Virus record (IMG/VR): IMGVR_UViG_3300047181_000007
DNA length: 64,000 nucleotides
Reading direction: 5' to 3' (one strand)
Source: an uncultured virus (IMG/VR IMGVR_UViG_3300047181_000007)
Taxonomy: Duplodnaviria > Heunggongvirae > Uroviricota > Caudoviricetes
A program made the position numbers and the translations under genes. Positions 38,686-52,300 of the stretch are shown here, piece after piece (positions within the stretch are counted from its first letter, which is position 1; each line of letters begins with the position of its first letter). The notes beneath the pieces were generated by a model. That model searched no databases. It was not told the DNA's origin and was given only the letters and a program-made list of their open reading frames with translations.

Positions 38686-41600
38686 CGTATTCCTCTCTTC
38701 CTTGTATCTGCATTCTAGCTGTCGCCTGAGCTTCAGATGCTCTAAACTCATAAGATACCGCTTCCACAACTATTGAAGCAGTTCTTGCAGATGGTACCTT
38801 ATTTTGGTCATCATAAGAGACAGTATATACATCTCCTGGCTCCAACTCAAGATCAGGTCTAATATCTACACTGTGTTTATGGGCACTTTCTAGCAGTCTC
38901 TTCAGAATAATATGAGCAGCTCTCATTGCTCCTATACCAAGGTCTGGCATACGCATCATCTTGGTAGCAAAGCCTACTACTCTGGCAAAGTTTTCATCCT
39001 GTATAGTCTTTACATCTTTTAGACCATAAATGATAGCATCACTTGCTCCACTAGAAGGAAATACATGACTGTAACTATGTGTCCTTGGTTCTCTTCCAGC
39101 AGTAACAGTAGTTCTTGTTGCGTCATACCAGAAATCTATTGACCCATCAGGCTTAGCAAACATCTCGATAGGTCGTTGCTGAATGACTGAGCTAAGTGCG
39201 CTTGTGCCATCAGTCTCAAGGTCAATATAGATTGCCTCACGCCAGTCGCTTAGATCACTCTCTCTAATATTACTGAGGATAAGTGAGCTCGTGCTAGTGG
39301 ATAATGTAATTATTAGACTGTTCTCGTAGTCAATCTCATTAAGGGCTACAGTAGTTACCCATTGACCATTATGATAGAAACCAATATTGTTTCCCATTGC
39401 CATTACTCTGAACTTCTGAACTCCAGTATTAGTAGAGAACTGGCAACTATATATAACAGTGTTAGATGGTAAACTCACAACACTATAGACAAAATTTCCA
39501 GAACCAGAGTAAGTAATATTCACTCTGATGTCCGTGTCATCCTCAAATAAAGATTTGTTCTCATAGTTGTCTGGCTTTATTTTGGCATTGAAGTCAATTC
39601 GCAGCGTTAGACTTCCAAAACTAGCTACATCGAAGCTCAGGTCAAACCCTTCGGCGTAGTCAGTAGTCTGAATATCCTGCGGAGTAGTAGTAACTGTTAG
39701 ATTAGTACCACCATGGGTATAGTCACTTGGGAACTGGCATTGTGCGCCCGATAGATCGCATATCTTTTGAACCATGTCTCCAATTGTAGTGTCGTCTTCT
39801 CCACCTGTACCCTGATACCAGTAACAAAATATTTCACCAGCACGTTCATATACAGCAAACTCACCTTCACTATGAGTAGCCTTCTCGCCAGATATGAGTT
39901 TTATTGGAAGTGTAGGGTCAGAAGCAAAATCGCCAAGCAAGCCACCTGTAACCCACACCTTGTTGGAAAGAGAGTGATAGAGTTTTCCTATTAGCACATC
40001 GGCTGAATAAATTCTACAACGATTACGAAGCCAAACAGTCGAGCCACCAGTAGTAATGAAGATTTGCCAGTCTATTCGATTAACTATGAAGTTTACTCCA
40101 CTACTAATAGTAACTATATAACCATCGTATGAGTACTCATCTGCTAGCCAGTCAAAATCTCGGCAATCAAGAGCATACCCATCCCCATAGCCTAAATCAA
40201 CATCATACCAACCCATACAGCGAAATTGATATGGACCTATAGAGTAGCTAGGATGAGCAACCTTGGTATAGTATTGGTATACATTGTCTTCCAGTCTAAT
40301 TGTTCCATTAGATGGAAAGTTTGCTGTACTCCATAATGGGTCAAATGGGATACCCTGACCAGATACGTCTTCTTCATCACCGAGTTCCTGGTATCCAAGA
40401 GTACGTGCCAGCGGAGCTTCAATAAAACCATAGATGCCACAACGCATTGAGGCTATATCGCTTGTGTACATATACCCATTAGCTTCTTCCCAATCATAGT
40501 CAAGGACTTTCTCAAAGCAACCACTAGATACACGAACCATATATAACTCGAAGTGCCCGTCCTTGTGATCGAAACGCATTTGCAAGGTATCATCAGTATC
40601 AATAACAGTGAAAGATACAAGAGCATCATCTAAAATCTGCTCAATCCCATCTCTACAAATAACTATCTGTGCATATCCAGTACGCTTGTCATATCTCCCT
40701 ACTGTGTAGTTTAGTCCATCTTCACAATGACCAACTAGACCAGTAAAAGCTCCATAGTTTGCTAAGTCTTCTACGTCATTCTTGAACCTTGCAGCTAGTG
40801 AGAAGTTGAAGGCATTATATGGACCCGTGGCAATCATAATGAATGGCTTACCAGCTTTAGGGAGCTTATAGTAACCCCAATCTTTCTCGGTTTCCCAAGG
40901 AGTATCAGCACCATAGAGAGGATAGAAGGCTCTTACTCCAGCAGTGAACTCAACTCGTGCTGGACAAAATCTTGTATCATCAGCAGAGTAGAATGAAAGC
41001 CCTACTTTCTTTATCTTCCAGCCCACCTCAAACCCATAATAGGCAGCTGTAAAATCAAACTCTACGGGGTCAGTGCCAGCAACATTGTCAAAGTAGGTTT
41101 GCTTCCAGTGTTGAGCACCAGTTGCTACATAGTCGTGGTCAACTCCTTCATCATCTGTGACTTGTATCATTATATGGATATGGTCGTTGCTATCACCTGT
41201 GTTAGGGCAGGATGACCAACCATAAGCCTTAGCATGTATGGTTGTATCTGTAATCACTGGATTATCATTCAGGGCTAGCTTGTATTGGATTTCTTCACGC
41301 ATGATAATGCCGAACCAGTGATTGGGAGTCGGCGCATCAGGCTCATAATAATTTACACCACCTTGCAAGTTCAGGTCTACAGGGGTGATACCTAGTCCAG
41401 TATTTGTATAGCCCTCATGGTCCCAAAAGTCTACTTGGAAGCTATTGGCTGCAATACAACCATTACCTACAGCAGACAGCATGGATGTGTCCATCTGCAT
41501 TGGGTCAAAACAGGCAGACTTGCCGAGGATCTCCGCATAGAATGGCATGGATAAACCAGTGAGATTCCATAAAGCCTCGTTAGTAGCAGTAAGAGTCATT

Positions 41601-42922
41601 CCCCGTCTATCTACTCCAATATCGTAGTTAATGCTATCAATAATATAGGTTGCATATTTCACATATTCGATTGCAGATGCAGTCTGTAAACCAGCATACA
41701 TTACCAGGCGGGCACCTTCAATCACCTGTGGAATGTTCTCTGGAAAATACTGTTCCAAGCCAGATCGCAGAGATAGATTGCATCTACTTAGGTCACTATC
41801 TGAATATGATTTGATGTTGTTCTCATTGATATTTACTACCACTCCAGTGCCATCAGCACCATCAAATACCCAAGTTATAGGAGCATAGCAGACACGGTTG
41901 CAGTTGCCTAGGTAGAGATTGTTACCACCTGTTCTAGCCAAGAAACGGTATCCAATATTACTTACCATCGTGTTTCGATTGACACTAAATGTTTTCCCGT
42001 TTTGAGAGAACAGCAAAAGCGAATACGGCTCAGCGCCTTCTAGATTATCCGTCCTATTGAATAGACCACAAATGTAGATCGTGTCATTATGGGTATAGGC
42101 GTTAGCAATTCTGAACTCACATAGAGACACTTGAAGGTCCGTGGGTAGAACAGTGAAAACATTACTCCATGTATCTGTATCAATATCGTAGTAAACACCT
42201 TCTACCATGCCAGATCGAGCGTTGCTCATATAGACGAACACTTTATTGTCTAATCTAGCAGCTCCAGAATGGATTGCTTTCTGTAGCATAGTCCGTGTAT
42301 CGTCTGTCTTGCCCTCTCTTATTTCTTCTTCAGTCTTGGGAGTAGGTTCAATAGCACAATGGAACATAAAACGGCTGGTACACTCACTCTTTGAAGAGTC
42401 ACTCATATACACTGGTCTGAAGCCACCCTCATCCTCCATTATCCCAATTGCTTCTGTAGGACTAATAGCATGAACAGCGTCTACAGGACAAGAAGGTGTG
42501 ATATACACACTATTGTAGGAGACTGATGTGCCACTTAGGGCAATCGAATATCGTCTTATATCTGAACCCACATAAGCATACAGTTTAGTACCTAATACTC
42601 CTGGCTTTACTGAAGTAGCATCAGCTCCACTAAGAACAGAACCTCCACTTGTACCCTGAACGGCATAATACAGTGTACTTCCAGAAACATAATAGGTTAC
42701 TAGACCACCTTGATTAACAAAGTATTCTATATCCTGTCTTACAGGGTCAATTACAATACCCTTAGCGTCTGGACTGTCTATAGGATGATTCTCTGTAGGA
42801 GTACCCTCAAAGTAAATCCGTGATGGATAGATTTCAGCCTTGATATGTGGATAAAAGCTACCATCAAGGTCGATGGCATTTCTTATTGTAGTGGTGAATC
42901 CATCTTCAGATGTTCTAGCCAT
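38672..42922 (-). CDS. Large minor tail (hub/tip) protein
   Basis: 1416 aa, two genes after the tape measure; C-terminal PDLELEPGD hub-type motif. Confidence 0.7.
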   Translation of the reverse strand: MARTSEDGFTTTIRNAIDLDGSFYPHIKAEIYPSRIYFEGTPTENHPIDSPDAKGIVIDPVRQDIEYFVNQGGLVTYYVSGSTLYYAVQGTSGGSVLSGADATSVKPGVLGTKLYAYVGSDIRRYSIALSGTSVSYNSVYITPSCPVDAVHAISPTEAIGIMEDEGGFRPVYMSDSSKSECTSRFMFHCAIEPTPKTEEEIREGKTDDTRTMLQKAIHSGAARLDNKVFVYMSNARSGMVEGVYYDIDTDTWSNVFTVLPTDLQVSLCEFRIANAYTHNDTIYICGLFNRTDNLEGAEPYSLLLFSQNGKTFSVNRNTMVSNIGYRFLARTGGNNLYLGNCNRVCYAPITWVFDGADGTGVVVNINENNIKSYSDSDLSRCNLSLRSGLEQYFPENIPQVIEGARLVMYAGLQTASAIEYVKYATYIIDSINYDIGVDRRGMTLTATNEALWNLTGLSMPFYAEILGKSACFDPMQMDTSMLSAVGNGCIAANSFQVDFWDHEGYTNTGLGITPVDLNLQGGVNYYEPDAPTPNHWFGIIMREEIQYKLALNDNPVITDTTIHAKAYGWSSCPNTGDSNDHIHIMIQVTDDEGVDHDYVATGAQHWKQTYFDNVAGTDPVEFDFTAAYYGFEVGWKIKKVGLSFYSADDTRFCPARVEFTAGVRAFYPLYGADTPWETEKDWGYYKLPKAGKPFIMIATGPYNAFNFSLAARFKNDVEDLANYGAFTGLVGHCEDGLNYTVGRYDKRTGYAQIVICRDGIEQILDDALVSFTVIDTDDTLQMRFDHKDGHFELYMVRVSSGCFEKVLDYDWEEANGYMYTSDIASMRCGIYGFIEAPLARTLGYQELGDEEDVSGQGIPFDPLWSTANFPSNGTIRLEDNVYQYYTKVAHPSYSIGPYQFRCMGWYDVDLGYGDGYALDCRDFDWLADEYSYDGYIVTISSGVNFIVNRIDWQIFITTGGSTVWLRNRCRIYSADVLIGKLYHSLSNKVWVTGGLLGDFASDPTLPIKLISGEKATHSEGEFAVYERAGEIFCYWYQGTGGEDDTTIGDMVQKICDLSGAQCQFPSDYTHGGTNLTVTTTPQDIQTTDYAEGFDLSFDVASFGSLTLRIDFNAKIKPDNYENKSLFEDDTDIRVNITYSGSGNFVYSVVSLPSNTVIYSCQFSTNTGVQKFRVMAMGNNIGFYHNGQWVTTVALNEIDYENSLIITLSTSTSSLILSNIRESDLSDWREAIYIDLETDGTSALSSVIQQRPIEMFAKPDGSIDFWYDATRTTVTAGREPRTHSYSHVFPSSGASDAIIYGLKDVKTIQDENFARVVGFATKMMRMPDLGIGAMRAAHIILKRLLESAHKHSVDIRPDLELEPGDVYTVSYDDQNKVPSARTASIVVEAVSYEFRASEAQATARMQIQGREEYDEPA

Positions 42923-43342
42923 TTAGTTCTTCTCCACAAATGCTACAGGGATTAGGTAGTAGGCAGATACCCCATCAAGGACAGTACATAATGGTTGCAT
43001 GGTTGCCTCTCCAGTGAAGTAAACATCGTGAGTTGCTCCAAAGTGATCGGTTAGACGGATAACGTCTGTTGGTGTGCCAAAAGCATTGGAGTAAGCAAAG
43101 AATGTATCAAAGTCTGCACTATTTCCCCACGCAGTGGTACTACCAGTGGTACCAATTGGCATAAACAAGGTGTACTTCCATGACTTTATGACAGGACCCG
43201 CTTGCTTATCTGTCTTACCGCCAATAGTTAGCTCGACACTATCCATACGCTGAAGTGTTGGAGCCATTTCAACCGTCTTGAATTGTTTCTCATAGGTTGT
43301 GCTAAGGCGACTATCGTTTAGTTTGATGTAGTTGACTGCCAT
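42923..43342 (-). CDS. Distal tail (Dit)-like protein
   Basis: Directly after the TMP; 139 aa; paralogous domain at 62273-62686. Confidence 0.6.
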   Translation of the reverse strand: MAVNYIKLNDSRLSTTYEKQFKTVEMAPTLQRMDSVELTIGGKTDKQAGPVIKSWKYTLFMPIGTTGSTTAWGNSADFDTFFAYSNAFGTPTDVIRLTDHFGATHDVYFTGEATMQPLCTVLDGVSAYYLIPVAFVEKN

Positions 43343-46300
43343 TATTGCCTCACTTGTCCATCAACAATCTCGATGACCTTTTCTTCAAGTAGATCGCCAC
43401 CAATATAGATTGGGACTACAATACGCTGGATTGAACCGCTTCTATTTCTATTAGATGGAATTACTGTGGTGCCCCAAGGGTCTGCAAATCCATGGGCACC
43501 ACCAAGAGGAGTAATATCAACTCGTTCTCCTGAAGATACTCTTATGAAAGCAGAGTCACGTGGATAGCCAGGTGGAACTATATAGTTACTAAGACCAGTC
43601 TTATGTCCTTGTCCTACTGGACCTTGATCTGGTATAGGTGCTTCAGTGCTTGGCACATAATTAGGTATAGTAGTACCACTCTTGAATAATTCTGGTAGAT
43701 GGTCATTTACCCAATTCAAGCCAGTAATAAGCGTATTTATCATTGTTACTTCATCATCAGTAGCTACCTTCATTAGTCCAGTATTGAGAGCTTGCTGTTG
43801 ACCTATGAGCATTAGCTTATCATTGTCATCCTTCATTTGTTCAGCATAAGTAGCCTGAACTGCGATAGATGCAGTCTGTAGTTTCTGTTGTTCGATGAAG
43901 TAGGCACGAGATAAGTCGGTCTGTTGCTTTTGTAAGTCAAAACCCATCTCGTAGAACTCTTTCTGTTTGGCAAGTTGTTGTTCTTGGAAGTCCTTTTGCT
44001 CCTCATACTGTCGTTTCTGCAAAGCAAAGCGCTCATCTTCCAGTTTCCACATCTCTTTCTGGCGATTCTTGGTCTTCTCAATTTGCTCGCTTTCCATATC
44101 ATGCAGGGTAGTCTCACGTCCCATCTGGCGCTCAGCTAGTCGGCGTTCACGTCCTGTCATAAAGCGGACATTCTCTCCAAAGTCTTGCTGTTGCCAGCCC
44201 CACTGCATGTTGCGGACCTGTCCCTGATATGACCAGTCCTCTTTAGTCCACTGACGCTGCATATTCATCTGTTGCTGTTGCAAACCCATATTCTCGTAGA
44301 ACTGGCGTGATTGCATCTGTAGACTTTGCTGTTGTGACTGGAAGCCCCACTGTGCCTGTGCATAGGATAGATTTCTCTGGCGGTCTTCAATACCCCAAAA
44401 GCCACCAGTACCCTGAATATTGAAAGCCTGTCCAGTACGTGGGTCTGTGGGATTGTAGTTGCCAAGCCCAATACCAGTCTGGAACGCCATTGTCATTGCT
44501 TGACCTTGTTGCTGGACACCAAGTTGAGCTATTTGGTATTCATAGGTCTGCTTATTCTGTAAGAGTTGGACACCCCATGAACCACCATAAATCTGTCCAT
44601 TAGGACCAGCGATACCATAGATAGCAGCTCTAGCAGCATCAGTAAGCTGCGCTCCACCAGCCATCATTTGTCGTGCTTGAGCTTCACTAAGCACACCACC
44701 TGTCATACCCTTGAACATGGATGTTCCAAATATCTGAGCACCTTGTGCAAAGGCTGAAGAACCACCACGCTGTAATCCTGTAGTGCCCCATGCCATACCA
44801 GTGATATTGCCACCAACACCAATGTCCACATTAGCCATTAGATTATAGAAACTTTGCTGTTGAGCAGGCATTCCACCAGCCATAGCTACTCGTGCCATTG
44901 TAATTGGATCAGTATTCATAAACTTTTGGGCTTGGCTAAGTCCTTGAGCGCCATACTGTTGTGTAATCCCAATCATGGTACCAGCGAAAGCATCTACCTG
45001 TTGCTGGCTAGCCATATAAGGTGCTACAGCACTAACTTGATTGACTATCTGCTGTGCTTGTGCTCCACCTATAGTAGATGCAGCCATCGACTGCAAGGTA
45101 CCACGCATAGTTTCGGGCAAATTCATAGCAGCGGAAGCCTGTACTATATCTGTCTGTCTAGTCCAGTTAGACATCTGCGTAAGTGCCTGATAGAGCTCAG
45201 ATGGACTTGAGTCTGCCTTGATTTGAACCATATTACTAACATCAATACCCGCCGCCTGAGCATTTGAAACTACCTGACTCTGCTGTTGGAAGAGTGGATA
45301 ATTGGCTGAGCGTTCAAGAGCGTCCATTTGGGCAGTCTTCTGTGCAATATCACGGCGTGCTTTCTGAGCTGCTGCATCCATTTCTACATGGTAGTACCTT
45401 CGTAGATGTGGATTAGGAATTGGTACGTTTTCAGTAACTAGCCCTGTTGGTATACCACCAACACCAGGAACGTATGTAACTGTGGGAACAGTCACGGCTG
45501 TTGTTCTTTGCGCTGGTGGATTTCCAACTGCTCTTGACAAAATTGGAAGTTGTCTTTCCTCGCCACGTGCAAGTGAAACTGCATCTAGATAACCATACGC
45601 TTGCGCTTGAGCATACGGCATATTGGCTATACCCTGGTATGCCTGTGTCATGGTGACTTGCTGATACCGATTGAGATTCATCGTACCAAATAGCTGCTCA
45701 TACTGCATTACATTCTGCTCTGTGAAAGGTAGTCGAGTAGCCTGGACTGCCTGAGCTGCTAGCGTATCTAATGACACGCCTACCATTTCGGTCTTTGTCA
45801 TTGGAATTAGGGCATTGTAGCTCATGCCAGCTGCTGATAGCTTTAGGGCATTTTGAGATAGAAGAGTAGGGTCTAGTCCACTGTAGATTGCTTGAGTTGC
45901 TAGTGCAGATACCGACATGTACAGTGCTTCAGATGGCATTCCAGTCTCTGCCTGTGCCTGAACAGCAGACATGCCACCCTCCATTTTCTTGTTATAATTA
46001 TTCATTATGGCAGCTAACTGGTCGGGTAGTATTCCCTTCAATACATAAGCACTCGGCTTATAGGTCATTGTCTGTCCACCAGCAGCCCCAACTCTACCTG
46101 GATCGCCAACCTTTACTCCCCAAATATCAGTAGCTAGAGTAGTTTTCAGATAAGCCGATAAAGTATCACCTTTACCTAATGAAGAAGCTCCAGATATAGC
46201 AGCAGCTTGTGGGTTAGAATAGCTTCCATAAGTCTGTGCAGCTACTACACCTACTGCACCAAGAACAGCAGCTGGTCCTACCACAGAACTAAAGAAGGCA

Positions 46301-49300
46301 GACACACCAGCCATTCCAGCTCCAGCTTGTGCAGCAACACCGCTAGCATACAGTGCGCCTGCGGCACCAGCGGCAGCTCCTAAGCCAACACCTTTGATGT
46401 CTCGCATCCAAGGTGGCATAGCTGCTGACAAAGCATCCATTCCCGCTTTAGCAGTCCCTTGGTACTGTATATAGGATTGTAGCTGCTTATAGGCAGCTGC
46501 GGAGAATGGTTCACCAGCCGCAGTACCCATAATTCCACCAGCGTATTGACTTATTGCAGTTTCATATTGTTGTGCCTGTTGTTCACCATAAGCAAGTTGT
46601 TGCATTGGGAATGAGGCAAGGTGACTCAAATACATTAGACCCCATCCACCGATCAAACCACGGAAGAACTTATTGACATTGGCTTTACCACGTGCAACAG
46701 GTCCTCCCATACCCTCTTGAACCATCCCACCATATTGCTGTACCTGATCTGCGGTAAGTTGTGGACCTCCAGGTTGTGCTGCTGCTGTCAATACACCCAT
46801 CGCTTGGGCGGCGTTATACTGAACCTCGCCTGCCCGTATTTGAGCATAACCCTCACTAACTTTAGCTTGAGCAGCTGCCTTAGCTTGGGGCGATAAACCC
46901 TTCTCGCTTAGTTCTGTAAGTCCAGTAGTTACTTTCTGGACTGCTTCTTGCATAGTCTTCAAGCCTTCAGCAGTTTCTTCGTAAACTGTCTTACCACCCT
47001 TGCCTACTCTGGTCTTACCAATTTCTTCTTCTCTTGCTAATTTCTCGGCTTGCATACCCCAAAACATAGCATGACCAGGAGTTCCTGGCTGAACCAATGC
47101 AGGAGCACCGCTTACGCCACCACCACCCATAATAGCGCCAGATAATTCTTGGCGAGCCGTTTCTGAGACTCCAAGACCATATAGCACTGATCCTTGTTGT
47201 GCTGCTGCGACAGCTTGGTTGAGTCTATAAAGCTGACTTGGTATACTTCTTTGTGCAATAGTTGCTGCAAACTCAGCAGGACGAGCCTTGGCAAACTCAC
47301 CAAGCGCTGTACCGCCAGTCCATTCTGGATGACCAGCTGCGACTGCGAAGGAAGTAACCTTTTCCTGAAAGCCAGCAGCCCATTTGATTTGTTCTGGTGT
47401 GATTGCATGTAATGCAGCTAGACCAGCTTCGGCTGTTTCAACTGCACCTGTTGAAGTTCTTCCACCACCAATATGACTAACGACTACCTCAAGTCCCTTG
47501 GTAAATACTTGCTCTAATCTCTTGAAGAAGTTATCTTCCCAATCAGCAACTGTAGTGCCACCACCAGGAATCCCACCTTCCATACCACCACCCCCACCAG
47601 TTATCCTTGCAGCACCTCCCCTCACACCTACGAAACTTCTGACATGACCTTTAGGTACACCTATTGTGCTGATTATGTCTGCTAGTTTGCCAAGCATACC
47701 AGGAGCATTAGCGCCTACGGTTGCATACTGGACTATTGTGTCGATCAGCTCTTCCAGTAATCGGGGGTTGCGCTGAGTCTCGATACCAGTCTTGATGGCT
47801 GCAAATATATCTTCTACCCATGCTTCAGGTTCGATCTGTCCACCCTTCATAAAGATAATCTTGCCATTCTCAACTATAGGTGAGGCATGACCAGTACGTT
47901 CAGATTCCATCATTGGAGAGATTTGCTCAACGTCAAACTTACCTTCGTTGATAAGCCCACGCCATTTACCAGCAATTCTTTCAGTTTCCTTGCGTGCAGC
48001 TTTTAGTGTTGGTCCTTCAGTGCCTTTCTTTCTGCCACCATCAATCCATGCCTTATATTCCACCATTAGCTTAGGACCGAACATGCCACCTTCGCCACTC
48101 CATTCGGCAGATGAGTACAGCATTGGTTCAATAACATCAGCAAATCTCTTGATAGATGCACCAGCTTTTGCAGCTTTCATCATTACAGCATAGGTAGATG
48201 CTTGAATGGATGCATAGGGGCTTAGGACTGATTGACTGTAGCGTTTTATCTCACCAAGGAATAGTCTTTCTTCGCCACCGATCATCCTTGTTCCTAGAAT
48301 ATCTGGTGTACCGGTGGCAGTAAGATTGACACCTTCTGCCTTCATATCTCTGGCATACTGAATGAACTCTTCGTTACTAGTAGCACCAGCTAATTTTGTA
48401 AGGCTAATTCCAAAACCCTGCTTCATACCAGTAAATACTTCACCTGATACCATCCCCCAATCTTTCTTGATCTGTGGAATTGCGCCAGCTTCAAAGACCT
48501 TGCCTTCTTCCATGCGAATCTCCTGCATGGCATCAGTCTCTTTTACGTCATCAATGATAAGTTTATCTTCAGGTTTGTTGGGGTCTAGTCCAAAGACATT
48601 TACAAGGACCAACTCCTTCAATGTCTTTCGATGGATAGCTTCCACTGTAGACATTCGCTTGCCTTCGTAGATTGTATTTCCCTGATAGACACTTACGACT
48701 TTCGGGTCATCGAATGCTAAGCCGCCCATCATGCTGCCACGTAGCTCCAGCTTATTCTTGATAACTTCACTGATGTACTGTCCCTTGAGTTCAGACTTGC
48801 GAGCTGCGGTAAGTACAGCTCTACCAATAATATCAGCCTGCTCTGGAGTAATAGCTAGTGTAGATAGAATAAGCTGTTGCTGTAATGTGGCACCAAGCCC
48901 AACACCAATACGTTGCTGAGCCATGGTATAAATGTCAAGGGCTTCTGGAGGAGAAAGAGGTCCATATTTCCCTACAACAGCTTTATAAAGTGCGATAACA
49001 CTTCTAAACTCAGGTTGGTCCATGTAGGTTCCATAGGCTACATCCTCACCTCTGCCGAATAGATCAACTGGTGAAGTCTTTATCATATTGGCAATCTGGA
49101 ACGAGCGTCTTCCACCTGAAGTTAGAGTTTCTACTTCCTTAGGTGGCTTTCCAAATAGACCAGCAGTACGAGCATAGCCAGCTATGATAAGTGCTTTACC
49201 AATAGGAGATTTGCGAATATCCCATCCTTCAATGGCGGGAAGACCTGAACCAGTCTCAAATAATGCAGCTGAGACTGAACCTAGAGCTTTGATGCGCTCG

Positions 49301-52300
49301 GCTATCTGTTCGACTTGCTCAGGAGAATTTGCTAGTGCAAATGCTTGCGCTTCAGCAGTCCAGCGAGATTTTCCAACAGCTTCCCCTAGTCGTCTACCAA
49401 ACCAATACCAGCTTTGTGCGCCAGAACCTACCCCCTCTTCAGTCTGATAGGGTGTCTCGTTCCAGAATTGGGAGAATGGAGCTTGCTGCCCTTGCTTTCC
49501 AATTAGTGAAATCTTGCGGTTCGTTGGGTCATAGGCAAACATCGTAGTATTGAACATTGTCTCAAGTTCAGATATTTCACCTGTGTTTTGTACCCATTCC
49601 TTCAAGTAGTCAAGGTATTGCTGATAGCCAGGTAGTTGCCCTAATCGTGCAGCAGATACCTCACCAGTGGTAAATGGCAAGGTAGACATTGTGGCTTCCA
49701 TAAAGCGTCTGAGGTTGAAGGCAATACCCATACCTCCTCGTGCTACCTTACGCCGTTGACCAACAATATCAATTAGATCGGTTACAGGGATGGCACCAAT
49801 ATACTTACTTCCTGCTTTCGTTGGGTCGTTGGCGTCCACAATATCCTTGAACATAGATTGGAGTACATTCAGCTCACTGGCTTTGTCACCACCAGCTTTC
49901 TGAATGCCAACCAAGAAATTACTGATTGCTTCCTGAGGAGTTTTGGGTAATCTGTCCTTGATTTCTCTGCTCATTAGGTAGCCATCAACGGTAAACATTC
50001 CTGTCGTCATCAGTGATTCGACTACAGCAGTGATTTGGTCAGCATCCCAATCTCCGAACTGTTCAGCAGAAATAATACCAACACCTCCCGCTGTGCCAGT
50101 GGCATACGGCGACCCTGGTCTTACTGAAACCTTGAACTTGCCTTGAACTATAGTATCGGATGGGATATAGAAGCCATACTTGCGCTTTATCATCCCTGGT
50201 GTCATGGCAAGCATGGTGCTCACGTTGTATTGAAGCTGAGTGTTGGGGGATCTGAAATAAAGTGTGGGTAGACCACCTTGTTCTTCAACTTGTGCAGAGA
50301 TTTTAGATTCCCAAGAAGTTAGTTGCTCACCACCTAACCCAATCCTTTTCCCAATACCTCGAACTATACGCTCATACACTCCTTGTGGCATTTCACTTAC
50401 CCATAAATCAGTACCAGTAAGTAGGTTATATCTACCACCAAAGGCATCGGCAGGGAATCGGCTGTATAGCAGCTTATTGATTTCCTTACTTTCTACCATA
50501 CCAGATAATCTTCTGCCCCAATCCTGTAAGCGACCACCCTGAGAATAACTTGCTCCCTGAACAAACTCCTCAAGAGCAGCACCCCATGTACGCATTATTC
50601 CTGAGATTGCGCCCTGCTCAAAACCATACTCAGGACCATAGTTGAAGTGACTTACTTCAGAGATAGGCTTTAGTAATGGGAATAACTCACCAGAAACTGG
50701 ATTTCTAAGAACCTCAGCTCCCTTAGTGAGTTCATAGAACCGCTCAAAAGCTGCATTCTTCATCTTGCCTAAATCTCTACCCTCAGAAAGAATAAGGTCA
50801 AGGGCTTCAGATGGCAAGTCGGTGACATTCATAATCTTATATGGAGTTTGTCCACCTAATTCACCTGTAAACTCTGGTCGTGGGCGCATATCTAAATTGT
50901 TGAAACTTAGAATATTAGACAGCAATCTCCAGCCTCTTACATGAGGGGGTTCTGCACCAGTGTAAGAAGGATGTTGCTCAAGACTCATATTTAGAAGTTT
51001 AGCTATCTCCTTGTCGTAGTCATTGAGAGCCATGGTTTCTTCAATACCAAGACGAGGTGTCTTAGTAAGATATTCAGCTGATAATGTAGAGGCTGTGGTC
51101 TGCCAATACCCACGTGCTTTGACTTCCATCAGTTGAAGATTGCCCTGTGGGGTAAATCTAACATACTGAGAAGCATCTGATGTGCCACCAGTTCTAACTC
51201 TCATCTCTTCCATTTGTTGCTCAAGTAGTTGGCGCTCAGATGCACTCACACGGGTAACAGCCCACCAGATAGGTTCTTTCTGGTAGTAATAATTGAATCG
51301 TAGCATCGACTCGACAGGATTGACCTTGCTCTCTACGAGTCTCTGTAAGCGATCAAAGAAGAAATTCACACTAACATTGTTGGTCTTGGTAGCTCTACTA
51401 TATGTTTCTGCAAGCAACTCTAATGGGATTCCCTTTTGTGGCTGTCTCTGCATTTCTGCTGGAAGGCTAGTCCAGTACTTTGTTACATCACGAATAATCT
51501 CGTCACCAAGTCCAGGTGCTTCAAAGTTCATCAACTGGAGCATCTTTATCTGATTCGTATTAGGAAGACTACCAAAAGTACCGTAAATGAATTGGTTTAT
51601 TGGCATCTTGCCTTCACCAGTAACAAAGTAGATGTCATGTCTAGCTGTTTGATTCCCAATACCAAGCACCACTGATGGCACTGCTTCACCAGGAACCCCC
51701 ATGGCTCCCACAGGTCTAGGCACAAATGAGATTTCCTGCTTATAGCCACCAACACCAGTTTCCTTGATACCAACCAGTTCGTTAGCAGTTGCTATGATGA
51801 CAGGTTGTCCCATGGCTACTTGCTCTACACGCAAGTGTGGATTAGCCCTTAGGATTTGTTCTTTGATTACATCTGTACTCTGGACGTTCTGCGGCTGCTC
51901 TCTCATCATCTGTTCGTACTCAAGACTAACAGGGTCTACTCCATAACCCGTCATCCTGTTTATTGCACGTGGCAGCTGAAGAGTAAAACTAGAGATAGTC
52001 ATAGCATTAGCTTCGGGTGTTGTAACTCTCAATGGGGTAAGTTGATTTTCTACCCCACCTATGCCATGAGTAGTCATTAGACCAACAATATATTCTTGAC
52101 CAGGAGATAACGGAGCACCCTCTAGCCCACGAAGTTTCTCGTATTCAAGTCTTCTTTGATCGCCTTCACCAACCCAACGCTCTCTGAAAATACCAGTTTG
52201 AATAGAAACATTCTGCCAGTCCATCGGAGGAAGATCAGGATGAGATACCCGAATGTCTTTAGGATATGCACCAGCAACGACTGTATATCCTTGTCCTTCG

